Origin: a virus
Virus record (IMG/VR): IMGVR_UViG_3300002307_000006
Coordinates: 1 to 53,472 of that record
Reading direction: 5' to 3' (one strand)
Length of the DNA stretch: 53,472 bases
The notes under the pieces: model-generated
What the model was told of the DNA's origin: nothing
Databases searched by the model: none
What the model saw: only the letters and a program-made list of their open reading frames with translations
Position numbers and translations under genes: made by a program
Shown here: piece by piece, positions 43,017 to 51,602 of the stretch
How positions within the stretch are numbered: the stretch's first letter is position 1
Layout of the letters: each line of letters opens with the position of its first letter

Positions 43017-44248
43017 TAAAAAGTACCCCCTGAAATACCATTTATAAAGTTACCAATGCCTTGGATTGTCAAACCGGTTGAGGTTAAAGCAAAACGGTTT
43101 GTACCCAAAATGGATATATCAAATTCACCTACACCTGAACGCCAGATACCTGTATTGGTCTCGGCCGCAAAGTTAATCGCAGGAGTTGATACCGTGCCGT
43201 TAACCAAGTTCAACGATGTCGCACCGGCCTGCACTGTGTTGGCGTTAAAGAAGTTGGTTCCATCGCAAACCAAAGTCGCTTGCTGGCCGGGAGGAATGAT
43301 GGCTGAGGCTGAACCAGATACACCCGTGGTCACCGTCAATGTGTGGCCGTTGTCTGTGGTTTGGTTTGAAATGACGTAAAGGTTAACGACTTGCGGGTAA
43401 ACCACAGTGACGTTGGCAGTCAATGAACCCACGTATTCTTGAATGATTGACGCAATCTCGTAGGTTGTCAGGTAGTACGTTCCGGCGGTAACAGGCTTTA
43501 CCAAAGCGGTAAAAAAAAATACCGAACTAGTTCCGTAGCCCACTGTTACATAGTTTGTACCATCACACATGATGAAGGCAGACTCATTGGGGTTGAATGA
43601 CTTAGTCGTTAATTGATCAATCGTATTTGAGCCAGAACAATTGATTGTCAGCGTGCCAGACCCGTTGTTTTTGAAGATCGTAAACCAGTTGTTTCCAAGG
43701 GTTGATGCCAAAGGCAAATAAGCATCACCTGCACCGCTATTCCATTCAGCCACTTGGGCGCGGTCGCTTGCAGTAAAGGTGTAGCCATTAGAAAACGATT
43801 CCACCGGGTGGCTTTGATTGAGAGTAGTGGTAATCGCAACCAGACCCAAACCTGCAAGGGCTGAGGCGTTGGCTGTAGAGGTTGTAGAACCAAAAGCAAT
43901 GATGCCCCAACCACCGCCTGTGGTGGTGTTGTTTGTCAGGTAGATGTACTGTGATTTCCCAGCATCTACAGTACAGATGACGCTACCGCCGTAGGCTAGA
44001 ACATTGACTGATGCTCCGCTGGTATTGCGAATGAGTGCATCTTGGCCAACAGACACTTGCGTGGCGTCCGGCATCGAAAGAGTCCACGATGCGTTTTGGT
44101 AGACGTCCATGATCCGCGCCGCAGGGTTCTGCAACCCATTGGTGTTGGACGGCCACTGCAACTGGAGGTTGGCTGTGAGGTTGTAATTGGCATAACTGAC
44201 GTCTGTTGGTTGAATGACGTCGCCAGTAAATGGGCTGGTATAACTCAT
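43016..44248 (-). CDS. Tail structural protein, 410 aa
   Basis: ORF track; overlapping start/stop with neighbours. Confidence 0.6.
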   Translation of the reverse strand: MSYTSPFTGDVIQPTDVSYANYNLTANLQLQWPSNTNGLQNPAARIMDVYQNASWTLSMPDATQVSVGQDALIRNTSGASVNVLAYGGSVICTVDAGKSQYIYLTNNTTTGGGWGIIAFGSTTSTANASALAGLGLVAITTTLNQSHPVESFSNGYTFTASDRAQVAEWNSGAGDAYLPLASTLGNNWFTIFKNNGSGTLTINCSGSNTIDQLTTKSFNPNESAFIMCDGTNYVTVGYGTSSVFFFTALVKPVTAGTYYLTTYEIASIIQEYVGSLTANVTVVYPQVVNLYVISNQTTDNGHTLTVTTGVSGSASAIIPPGQQATLVCDGTNFFNANTVQAGATSLNLVNGTVSTPAINFAAETNTGIWRSGVGEFDISILGTNRFALTSTGLTIQGIGNFINGISGGTF

Positions 44249-44883
44249 GTGTCAAGTACCGTTGCTTGGCGATCACCGATACGTTGAGTGTTTTCAGCCT
44301 TCAGCGTATTGATGATGTTGTTGTATTGAGCCTGCCACATTGGGACACGGTCGTCGTTTTTGAGGTAGGGCATAGCCTGCAACAGAGAGCCGTATAACAG
44401 CGCCTGAGGGGCATATATCGTGAACCAGTTGGTTTGGTTTGTGGTATCTAAAGGCTGAACACGCTCATAGTAGATCACCTCAAACGCATAGTTTTGGGCC
44501 GGTGTTGGGGCAACCAGCCAGTTGTTGTAGTCGTAATCTGCGTAGTAGAGGGGTACATCGGTCGCTGAGGCGTCCGGAGCATAAGAGCGAAGGTATTCGT
44601 AGGTTCTGAGCAATACGGGCTGTTTGGAGCCGCTTAAAGTCACGTTCATAGACGTGGTTTTGTGCCATCTTGCCGGTTTTGGAATCACCGCATTGTTGGC
44701 GGTCATGGTGCTTTCTGCTACCGTCAAGTTACCCAAGAACTTGATTTCGGAGGCAATACACTGCTCCGCAAGCATGATGAAGGTGGGGATGTATTGGATA
44801 GTGGTGGCGTCTGTGCGCTCCAGATAAATCTGAATATTGTTGACTAAAGAGTCATAAGTCATCACAACGGCTGTAGTCATCAC
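44245..44883 (-). CDS. Head-tail adaptor/neck protein candidate, 212 aa
   Basis: ORF track; first gene after the lysis cassette; the function call is positional. Confidence 0.5.
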   Translation of the reverse strand: MMTTAVVMTYDSLVNNIQIYLERTDATTIQYIPTFIMLAEQCIASEIKFLGNLTVAESTMTANNAVIPKPARWHKTTSMNVTLSGSKQPVLLRTYEYLRSYAPDASATDVPLYYADYDYNNWLVAPTPAQNYAFEVIYYERVQPLDTTNQTNWFTIYAPQALLYGSLLQAMPYLKNDDRVPMWQAQYNNIINTLKAENTQRIGDRQATVLDT

Positions 44884-44934
44884 AAAATCCTTTTTCTATC
44901 TCATCATTTTAGTTTGCTACACCCTTTTAGTCTA

Positions 44935-45354
44935 CTAAGCAATAGCGTTTCCAGCCTTTAATTGCGCTATCGTTAAGCCGCCTGTGTACTGAAAATGGGC
45001 CAATTCTTTGAATGAATGCCATTCTCCGGCCCATTCAAGCCCGGCTTGCTTGCCTAAAGCACCTACCTTAGCCCATATGGGGTCAGAACCATCCCACTCT
45101 GGCTTTCCGTTGACCAAAGGCACAACATCCACTGCGCAACGATAATTATGAAAAGACTCACCAGCGTGAGCGTTCGTAACAATCTTTCCTTCTGTCGTGC
45201 GTCCTTGGTTATAGAGCGCAGTCTGCGACTCCATATCTCGATAAGTAGACGTAACCAGTAAATCAATGCCATTCTCCTTGCAAAGGGCAATGAACTTCTC
45301 AACGCGCTCTTTTGCTTGAGGAATCAAATCATCAAGACTTCTTGAGTTAATCAT
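44935..45354 (-). CDS. Endolysin, M15-family peptidoglycan peptidase
   Basis: TSTYRDMESQTALYNQGR, ESFHNYRCAVDV, WAGEW...ELAHFQ (Zn ligand H-D-H pattern); next to holin-like genes. Confidence 0.8.
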   Translation of the reverse strand: MINSRSLDDLIPQAKERVEKFIALCKENGIDLLVTSTYRDMESQTALYNQGRTTEGKIVTNAHAGESFHNYRCAVDVVPLVNGKPEWDGSDPIWAKVGALGKQAGLEWAGEWHSFKELAHFQYTGGLTIAQLKAGNAIA

Positions 45355-45566
45355 TGGTCAGTTCCTATTTTTATGCCTGTGATCAATCCAATAAAACCAC
45401 CAATAATGGTTTGAAAAGCAGGCCCTACTATTTCAAACAATTTGTTGTTATCAACTTTGGGATCAAAAAACCCAAACATAAAAACGCCCACCATTGATAA
45501 AACAGTAACGCATAAAGAAAATGAAGCAATTAAAGTTACTACCGTGGCTAATTTATCTTTATTCAT
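45351..45566 (-). CDS. Holin-like membrane protein, 71 aa, two TM segments
   Basis: LATVVTLIASFSLCVTVLSMVGVFMFGFF and IVGPAFQTIIGGFIGLITGI; ATGA overlap with the endolysin gene. Confidence 0.5.
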   Translation of the reverse strand: MNKDKLATVVTLIASFSLCVTVLSMVGVFMFGFFDPKVDNNKLFEIVGPAFQTIIGGFIGLITGIKIGTDQ

Positions 45567-46060
45567 TTTGTTGGTGAAGAATTAAAAAGCATCTGATCCT
45601 TCTTCTGGCTACCAGCAGAAGAACCAAAGTAAAAAGCAATGATTCCTGTCCAAGCAGTGCCTAATGAGCCAAGCATAATCATTAAGGGCGTGTTTCCAGT
45701 ATCAGCAGGACGCACCATAAGATAAGCCAAAATACCAAAAAACCCAGCAGTGACGAGGATACTAAGCAAAGGAGGAATAAGGCTCTGAGTAGTGGTTTGC
45801 ATCTCTCTAGCACTCTTACGATCATCCACCGCCAATTGTTCAAAATTTAATCCAAGAGCCTGAGCCTGCTTTTGCAACTCGATTTCAGCAACTTTGACCT
45901 GAGCGATCTGGTCTGCATTCATCTTGCCGTCGTCCATCAATTGTTTTGCATCATCAGTGGAAACACCTAGAGCCTTTGAAACAGCCTCAACGGCAAGTCC
46001 AGCCAAAGGCCCGCCAAGGGCTGTAGCAATTGTCGGAGCAACTTGTTCTAACCAACTCAT
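45563..46060 (-). CDS. GTA-type 3-TM holin-like protein, 165 aa
   Basis: N-terminus MSWLEQVAPTIATALGGPLAGLAVEAV, central coiled-coil and two C-terminal TM segments; resembles the holin-of-3TMs family (from memory). Confidence 0.5.
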   Translation of the reverse strand: MSWLEQVAPTIATALGGPLAGLAVEAVSKALGVSTDDAKQLMDDGKMNADQIAQVKVAEIELQKQAQALGLNFEQLAVDDRKSAREMQTTTQSLIPPLLSILVTAGFFGILAYLMVRPADTGNTPLMIMLGSLGTAWTGIIAFYFGSSAGSQKKDQMLFNSSPTK

Positions 46061-46225
46061 TTACTTACTCTCCAAATGATATTTGCTTGACTGATAATCA
46101 TTGTGAACCCAATACATCAAACCAATAAACTCAACGACCCAAATGAAAACCGCAACCAACACAAGAACTCGAACCTGATACTTCTCAATAAGTTGTCGCC
46201 TTTTATAAGACGCCAACCTAGCGGC
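46061..46225 (-). CDS. -1 frame C-terminal extension of the 46117-46623 gene (54 aa: AARLASYKRRQLIEKYQVRVLVLVAVFIWVVEFIGLMYWVHNDYQSSKYHLESK)
   Basis: Manual translation. No own start codon/RBS; clean TM helix; TAA abuts the next ATG (TAAATG at 46058-46063). Confidence 0.45.
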   Translation of the reverse strand, partial: AARLASYKRRQLIEKYQVRVLVLVAVFIWVVEFIGLMYWVHNDYQSSKYHLESK

Positions 46226-46623
46226 TTTTTTGCCTCTTGCTCTGCGGCCTCCCGCTCCTTCCTGAGCCTTGCTCTCTCTACCTCAAACTCACTCCAAATT
46301 CCGCCCCAGCCCGGAGTCTGATAAATCAAAAACTCACGCAATTCTCTTTCCTGCTCTTGCAATTGACGAACACGAATGATGTTGTCAAAAGCAACTTTAT
46401 TAAGGCTGTAACCCTTAGGCGGAGGCTTTTTCTTCGCCTCTTCAGTCGCTATTTCAAGACTTTCTTTAGCCTCAAGAAAAGAACTTATATGTTCTGTTAC
46501 ATCCGCTGTGATTTCACTAACATCAGCCGCAACGGATTTTGCCTCTTTGTAAAGATCAACACACTTACGAACCCCGGCAATTGCGGCCTGAGCCATTGCA
46601 AAAGCCGAGATGGGGTCAATCAT
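46117..46623 (-). CDS. Lysis-cassette coiled-coil protein, zero-frame product 168 aa (probably frameshifted, see 46225-46231)
   Basis: ORF track; the zero-frame tail PLGWRLIKGDNLLRSIRFEFLCWLRFSFGSLSLLV looks non-native and leaves a 56-nt gap. Confidence 0.55.
   Translation of the reverse strand: MIDPISAFAMAQAAIAGVRKCVDLYKEAKSVAADVSEITADVTEHISSFLEAKESLEIATEEAKKKPPPKGYSLNKVAFDNIIRVRQLQEQERELREFLIYQTPGWGGIWSEFEVERARLRKEREAAEQEAKKPLGWRLIKGDNLLRSIRFEFLCWLRFSFGSLSLLV
46225..46231 (-). other. A_AAA_AAG slippery heptamer in phase for -1 ribosomal frameshifting (or site of a 1-nt homopolymer error)
   Basis: Minus strand GAG GCA AAA AAG CCG; plus strand cttttttg. Confidence 0.45.
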
Positions 46624-46841
46624 TACAAGCCAAAAATCTTTTTGATGAATTCAGCGGCAACGCCCGGGCCAAGCAACACAGCAATAATTAACCCATACAA
46701 GAGGTATTCAATTTTGGCCATGCGCTTAGATCCATCGTCAAATCTGCCTTCTACGCGCTCAAAAGAGTCTTCAATCTTTCTATAGCGTTCCGCACAGACT
46801 GCCTCATGAACTGAGAGTCTAGTTTCCACTGATTGCTCCAT
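46623..46841 (-). CDS. Tail-anchored membrane protein, 72 aa
   Basis: C-terminal YLLYGLIIAVLLGPGVAAEFI; ORF track. Confidence 0.5.
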   Translation of the reverse strand: MEQSVETRLSVHEAVCAERYRKIEDSFERVEGRFDDGSKRMAKIEYLLYGLIIAVLLGPGVAAEFIKKIFGL

Positions 46842-46844
46842 TTA

Positions 46845-47018
46845 TCAATCGAAGCCTCTTAACGTCTTTGCTAGACGGGCGCGTTTACCCTCTATGCCGG
46901 GTTTCTTGGCCGCCGCATTGAGTTTCTTGGCGGGAATCTTTTTGTCGGCCGGGACACCCAACTCTTTATGAAGAGAACCGGGATTCTTAATGGCTTTCTG
47001 AATCCATTTTTCAGCCAT
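46845..47018 (-). CDS. Small basic ORF, 57 aa (MAEKWIQKAIKNPGSLHKELGVPADKKIPAKKLNAAAKKPGIEGKRARLAKTLRGFD)
   Basis: Manual translation; below the track cutoff; overlaps the upstream ORF by 8 nt. Confidence 0.4.
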   Translation of the reverse strand: MAEKWIQKAIKNPGSLHKELGVPADKKIPAKKLNAAAKKPGIEGKRARLAKTLRGFD

Positions 47019-47160
47019 TTTGTGCCTCTGTAGGTTGTGGTTGGCTCTTAGCCTCTGCTTGCAAACCCTCTACCAATTGAAATACTTCTTGGTATGGACG
47101 AGTGCCTAGATAGCCAATGACTGCATTGAGAAGTTGTGCCGAGATTTGTAGTTTTTCCAT
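47011..47160 (-). CDS. Small ORF, 49 aa (MEKLQISAQLLNAVIGYLGTRPYQEVFQLVEGLQAEAK...)
   Basis: Manual translation; AGAGGAAATCATG RBS context. Confidence 0.35.
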   Translation of the reverse strand: MEKLQISAQLLNAVIGYLGTRPYQEVFQLVEGLQAEAKSQPQPTEAQNG

Positions 47161-47169
47161 GATTTCCTC

Positions 47170-47439
47170 TTATGGTTTTGGGTATTTAGCCTTAACTGCT
47201 TGGCAGTCGGCTATGTATTTGTTAATCTGTGCTTGGTCACCTTTGGCTATGCCATCCAAGTAGTCAGTCATAGGAGGATATTCCGCTTGGCGTTTGGCTA
47301 TGTAAGCATGAACGTCAATGTAGGCTTGGACTGCCGCCTCGTCATAAGCAACTGCGTTGCCCTCTGCATCAAAAGCATTATCACCATTGATGGAAACAAC
47401 ATTAGTATGTGTTTCATATATTGCTCTATGTTTGTTCAT
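47170..47439 (-). CDS. Hypothetical protein, 89 aa
   Basis: ORF track; ATGA overlap with the upstream fibre-like gene. Confidence 0.55.
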   Translation of the reverse strand: MNKHRAIYETHTNVVSINGDNAFDAEGNAVAYDEAAVQAYIDVHAYIAKRQAEYPPMTDYLDGIAKGDQAQINKYIADCQAVKAKYPKP

Positions 47440-48038
47440 GCCGCAATCTCCATGAGTGTCATACTTGATGTTCCACCAGCCTGTTGTAAATATGCTCTAC
47501 CAGTAGTTACTGCATATTGAGTTTTGTAAGTAGTGGCTGAAGTGGTTGCGGGGGAATCTAAATAAGTCAAACCAATACCTCCAAAATTTTGAGTATCGCC
47601 TGTTCCATTCGCACCACCATACTGTTCCAAATATGACAAGAATGTGCTTCCTCTTAGTAACTGAGTAAGTGCTTGCCCGTTACCGCCTTCTTTGTCGCAT
47701 CCGTTATGGTTAACAATAACTAAAATCTTGCTTGTTGCAGAAGTTGGTGTAATAGTCGCAGATAAATTTGTATCCGAATAACTTGCGGAAGTTGTACTTT
47801 GAGCGCCAGAAGTTAATGCATTAACCACCTGCAACACAGAGCCAGTTGGCAGTGCGCTCTTTGGAATTGATTGTGATGCGTTGGTCAATGAACTAACCCA
47901 GCCAGAGGCTGTGTACATATCAAACAGACCAGTAGTGGTGTTGTACCCCATCTGACCCACAACAGGGCTTGCAGGTCGTCCTGCCGTAGTCCACGACGGG
48001 AAAGTCTCGCCAAGTGTTCCGTCTAAAATTATCGCCAT
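47436..48038 (-). CDS. Short tail-fibre-like protein 5, 200 aa
   Basis: N-terminal FPSWTTAGRPASPVVGQMGYNTTTGLFDMYTASGWVS fibre motif; beta-rich C-terminal domain. Confidence 0.65.
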   Translation of the reverse strand: MAIILDGTLGETFPSWTTAGRPASPVVGQMGYNTTTGLFDMYTASGWVSSLTNASQSIPKSALPTGSVLQVVNALTSGAQSTTSASYSDTNLSATITPTSATSKILVIVNHNGCDKEGGNGQALTQLLRGSTFLSYLEQYGGANGTGDTQNFGGIGLTYLDSPATTSATTYKTQYAVTTGRAYLQQAGGTSSMTLMEIAA

Positions 48039-48053
48039 GAACTATTCTCCCTA

Positions 48054-48413
48054 TTAAGCGGCTTGTGTTTCTAATTCAACCCAAGCAGTTGTAGCCTCAT
48101 CCCACTTGTATGACTTGCCATCAGTAGGCATTGCAACTGGTGCATTCCACAAGCAAGAATTGTCATCAAGAGTCCAAGATGCGAATGGCTTAGGTGGGAT
48201 GAACGCATCACGAGTGCGGTCGTAGGTAAAGCCGATACCAGCGTAGTTCTTACGCATTGGAGTACCGCCAGTAGCGTGGACGCCACCGTGAGTGTTGTAT
48301 GAGGTCTGAATCCACTCACCGGGGCTTGAGTCCACGAATGTTTGGAAGAATTCAGGTTCAGCGACGATGACTTGAGAAACCTTGCCGTCGACTACTTTTG
48401 CGAAATGTGCCAT
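48054..48413 (-). CDS. Hypothetical protein, 119 aa (fibre-associated by position)
   Basis: ORF track. Confidence 0.55.
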   Translation of the reverse strand: MAHFAKVVDGKVSQVIVAEPEFFQTFVDSSPGEWIQTSYNTHGGVHATGGTPMRKNYAGIGFTYDRTRDAFIPPKPFASWTLDDNSCLWNAPVAMPTDGKSYKWDEATTAWVELETQAA

Positions 48414-48434
48414 GTTGATTGCTCCTTGAAAAGA

Positions 48435-49508
48435 TTAGAAAGTGATTGAACCAGAAGAGGTAAAGGTGTAATAACGATAACCACCAGAAGTTGTAATCGC
48501 TGGAGAACCAGTTGTTGAGGCCGCGGAAGCATAAGTATCCGAATAACGAATAATGACAACGCCAGAACCACCAGCGCCACCAGTTCCGCTAGAACTTCCT
48601 CCCCCACCGCCACCGCCAGTATTTACAGTTCCTGCTGTGCCGCTACCAGCACCTGAACTTACTGACCCAGCACCACCGCCTCCAGCGCCACCTGTGCCGC
48701 CTGAACCGCTACCGCCATATACAGCGCCACCACCACCACCTGCGTAATAAGTTCCAAGGCTATTCCAATTTGTACCAGCACCACCATTACCTGCGGCATT
48801 GCTACCAGTAGCATTAGAACCAACTGCACTTGAGCCACCGCCTCCACCAGCAGGGTATGGAGAACCAGTATATGTAGAATTACCTCCGCCAGCATAACCC
48901 TCAACAGGAGAGTAACTTCCAGAATTTCCAGCCGCACCACTTGATGGGCTACTTGATGCACCACCACCGCCTCCAGAACCTCCAGTTGTAGCATTATTGG
49001 CTGTGTCAGTACCGCCTTTACCACCTCCAGAAGCATTGATTGTGGAGAATGTTGATGTGCTTCCTGCTGTGCCTCCACCTGAATTTGACGCACCACCAGT
49101 TCCACCAGCACCAATTGTGATTGAGTATGTCGTTCCTGATACAACAGCAAATCCAGTTGCTGTTCTATAACCACCAGCACCAGCACCACCAGAAGCCGCG
49201 CCTCCACCACCAGCAACGACCAAATACTCAACTGATGATGGTGCAGTTGCCCCAACTACAGTCCAAGCAGTACCATTGTAATACTCTAAAGAATTTGATG
49301 TTGTGTTATAGCGAATCATGCCAGCCACGGCACTTGAAGGGCGCTGTGCAGTTGTGCCTTTAGGAAAGGTCAAAGCACCCGTCACATTCTGCATGGTGAC
49401 CACTTGGCTAATTGCTTGAAGTTCAAGCGTACCGCTATTGTCAGCAGTTGATGTTATCCCTGTTACGCCAGAGATAGAGCCATTGTCTGCTTTGATGATT
49501 GATGTCAT
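48435..49508 (-). CDS. Glycine-rich tail-fibre protein 4, 357 aa
   Basis: FPKGTTAQRPSSAVAGMIRYNTTSNSLEYYNGTAWTVV motif, YLVVAGGGG...GGAGAGGYR glycine-rich domain, C-terminal GSGVVIIRY...GGYRYYTFTSSG. Confidence 0.7.
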   Translation of the reverse strand: MTSIIKADNGSISGVTGITSTADNSGTLELQAISQVVTMQNVTGALTFPKGTTAQRPSSAVAGMIRYNTTSNSLEYYNGTAWTVVGATAPSSVEYLVVAGGGGAASGGAGAGGYRTATGFAVVSGTTYSITIGAGGTGGASNSGGGTAGSTSTFSTINASGGGKGGTDTANNATTGGSGGGGGASSSPSSGAAGNSGSYSPVEGYAGGGNSTYTGSPYPAGGGGGSSAVGSNATGSNAAGNGGAGTNWNSLGTYYAGGGGGAVYGGSGSGGTGGAGGGGAGSVSSGAGSGTAGTVNTGGGGGGGSSSGTGGAGGSGVVIIRYSDTYASAASTTGSPAITTSGGYRYYTFTSSGSITF

Positions 49509-49520
49509 GTTCTTTTCCTT

Positions 49521-50579
49521 TTAAGCAATGTATGTGCCACTAGAGGTGAAGGTGTGGATTGTGTAACCGCCTGAAGAAGTCACTGTTCCGCCTGTACCTC
49601 GTTGAGAGCCAAGGTAGCGAAGAATTACAACACCAGAACCACCTGTTCCGCCAACTCCTGCACCAGTTTGACCCATACTACCGCCACCACCGCCAGTATT
49701 TGCAGTTCCGTTTGTACCGTTTGTTGTGGCTGAACCAGCGCCTCCGCCCCCAGTGCCTCCAGAACTATCGCTACCTCCGCGAACACCACCTCCACCACCA
49801 CCTGCGCGATAAGTTGCCGAACCGTTGATAGAAGAAGAAACACCTATGCCACCATTACCACCTTGTGTATTGCTTGGAGAAACTAAACCAGCCGCGCCAG
49901 CGCCGCCACCACCGCCACCGGGATAATTTGCTGTGTTGTTGCCTGTGGCTCCTGCGTAACCTTGACCAGTAGTTCCAGAACCGGGGGTAGACGCTTGTCC
50001 AGTACCGCCCCCAGAACCACCATTCATTGCCGCAACAGTGCCAGCATGATTGCCAGCGCCGCCACCAAGCGATTGAATTGAACTAAAAGCAGAATCTGAA
50101 CCTTGTGTGCCAACAGTTGGGTATCCACCGCCAGCACCGCCAGCACCAACTGTCACCGTATAAATTACACCAGAATTAACATTGATTGGGCTTTCCGCTG
50201 ACGCACCTCCACCTGAAGACTCCCCAGTTACAGATGAACGATACCCGCCAGCACCACCCCCACCTGCAGTACCACCGCCACCGCCACCGCCAGCAACAAC
50301 AACATACTGAACAGAGTAAGGAGGCCCGTCTGAAAAATTAACCCAAGAACCTGACACAGAGTCATACCACTCTGGAACGCCAGTAGTAGAGTTTTGTCGA
50401 ATCATTCCAGTTGCAGGAGATGCTGGGCGTTGTGCCGTAGTTCCAACAGGCATAGTCAAAGCGCCAGTTGCACTGATAGATGCAACGCCAGAATCTGGTT
50501 GCAAAACAATATTGCCAGAAGTGTCGCCAGTCGTTTGAAGGGCGGTAGTAGTAGTTGTTCCTGCGCGTATCGTTGACAT
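49521..50579 (-). CDS. Glycine-rich tail-fibre protein 3, 352 aa (paralogue of 48435-49508)
   Basis: MPVGTTAQRPASPATGMIRQNSTTG, YVVVAGGGGGGGTAGGGGAGGYR, GSGVVILRY...GGYTIHTFTSSG. Confidence 0.7.
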   Translation of the reverse strand: MSTIRAGTTTTTALQTTGDTSGNIVLQPDSGVASISATGALTMPVGTTAQRPASPATGMIRQNSTTGVPEWYDSVSGSWVNFSDGPPYSVQYVVVAGGGGGGGTAGGGGAGGYRSSVTGESSGGGASAESPINVNSGVIYTVTVGAGGAGGGYPTVGTQGSDSAFSSIQSLGGGAGNHAGTVAAMNGGSGGGTGQASTPGSGTTGQGYAGATGNNTANYPGGGGGGAGAAGLVSPSNTQGGNGGIGVSSSINGSATYRAGGGGGGVRGGSDSSGGTGGGGAGSATTNGTNGTANTGGGGGSMGQTGAGVGGTGGSGVVILRYLGSQRGTGGTVTSSGGYTIHTFTSSGTYIA

Positions 50580-50588
50580 TTTTTATCC

Positions 50589-51602
50589 TTACAGAAGAAC
50601 TTGACGGCTACCAGAAGGCAGAGTGAAAGTAGCGCCAGACGCAACTGTCCAAGGGCCAACAGTAATCACATTTGCATTCGTTGGTACGGTATAACTTGTA
50701 GAAACTTGATTTGCATGGGTAAGTACACCATTGTTGGCGTACAACTCAGCAGACTGGAATTCACCATTGCTTGGGGTGTACAGCATCTTTGCGTTAGATG
50801 TGTAGATTGTCAGCGCAGTGCCAGTCGTTGCGTTGGCAAACAATGGGTACAGGGCCGATGCAGTCGTGGTGTCGTTGGTAATCGCCGCGCCACCCACAGA
50901 TGCCCAAGTCGTGCCGTTGTAGCCTTCAAATTGAGTCGTTGAACTGTTGAATCGCAAGTAACCTGCCGCGCCTGTTGGACGCTGTGCAGTTGTACCGTTG
51001 GGAATCAAAATCGCATCAGTTGCGGAAATTGACACCGTTACGGCTGGGGATGAAGTTCCAATACCCAAGCGGTTGTTTGTAGAGTCCCAGAAGTGGTTTG
51101 CAGAACCACCAAAAGCAGAAGTGCCATTGCCGTACGGAATGTAGCCTGTCGTAAGTGTGTTGAGTCCTGTACCGCCGTTTGCCACACCCAAGGTCTGAGA
51201 CCACTGTGGAGCAGAGCCAGAAGACGATAGGAAGTAGCCAGCAGTTCCAATACCCAACTTGGATAGAGCAGTACCAGAAGCGTAGTAAGACAAGTCACCA
51301 GCGGTGTATGTAGTCAGTCCTGTACCGCCAGAAGAGGTGTTCAAAGTACCCGCAAGGGTCACCACGCCAGTTGTGGCTGTAGAAGGCGTCAAACCTCCCA
51401 AGGAGGTCTGGAACGACAGAACAGGTGAAGATGTTGCATTCGATGCCAACAAGCGCACAGTACCGCCAGAATCCTTGTAATACAGTTTGCCGTCGTTGAT
51501 GTTGATTGCCAACTCGCCATTTGCAAGGTTCGTGTTTACAGGGACGGCCGAGGCAGTCGTACTGTAGTAAATCTGAATCGGTGTATAGCCTGTTGCTGAC
51601 AT
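50589..51602 (-). CDS. Tail-fibre protein 2, 337 aa (track ORF trimmed to the ATG at 51602, TAATG-coupled to fibre 1)
   Basis: [47 protein letters not shown] is a typical fibre N-terminus; IPNGTTAQRPTGAAGYLRFNSS motif. Confidence 0.7.
   Translation of the reverse strand: MSATGYTPIQIYYSTTASAVPVNTNLANGELAININDGKLYYKDSGGTVRLLASNATSSPVLSFQTSLGGLTPSTATTGVVTLAGTLNTSSGGTGLTTYTAGDLSYYASGTALSKLGIGTAGYFLSSSGSAPQWSQTLGVANGGTGLNTLTTGYIPYGNGTSAFGGSANHFWDSTNNRLGIGTSSPAVTVSISATDAILIPNGTTAQRPTGAAGYLRFNSSTTQFEGYNGTTWASVGGAAITNDTTTASALYPLFANATTGTALTIYTSNAKMLYTPSNGEFQSAELYANNGVLTHANQVSTSYTVPTNANVITVGPWTVASGATFTLPSGSRQVLL

Noticed and set aside
48553-49255. Long alternative-frame ORFs in the glycine-rich fibre genes (plus-strand Pro-rich 48553-48747; minus-strand Leu/Val/Gln-rich 48659-49255; also 49559-49843)
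   Set aside because: They are frame or strand mirrors of GGN-rich coding sequence (GGT/GGC read as ACC/GCC/CCA and so on). They have no RBS and extreme single-residue composition. The glycine-rich frame has the conserved fibre N- and C-terminal motifs.
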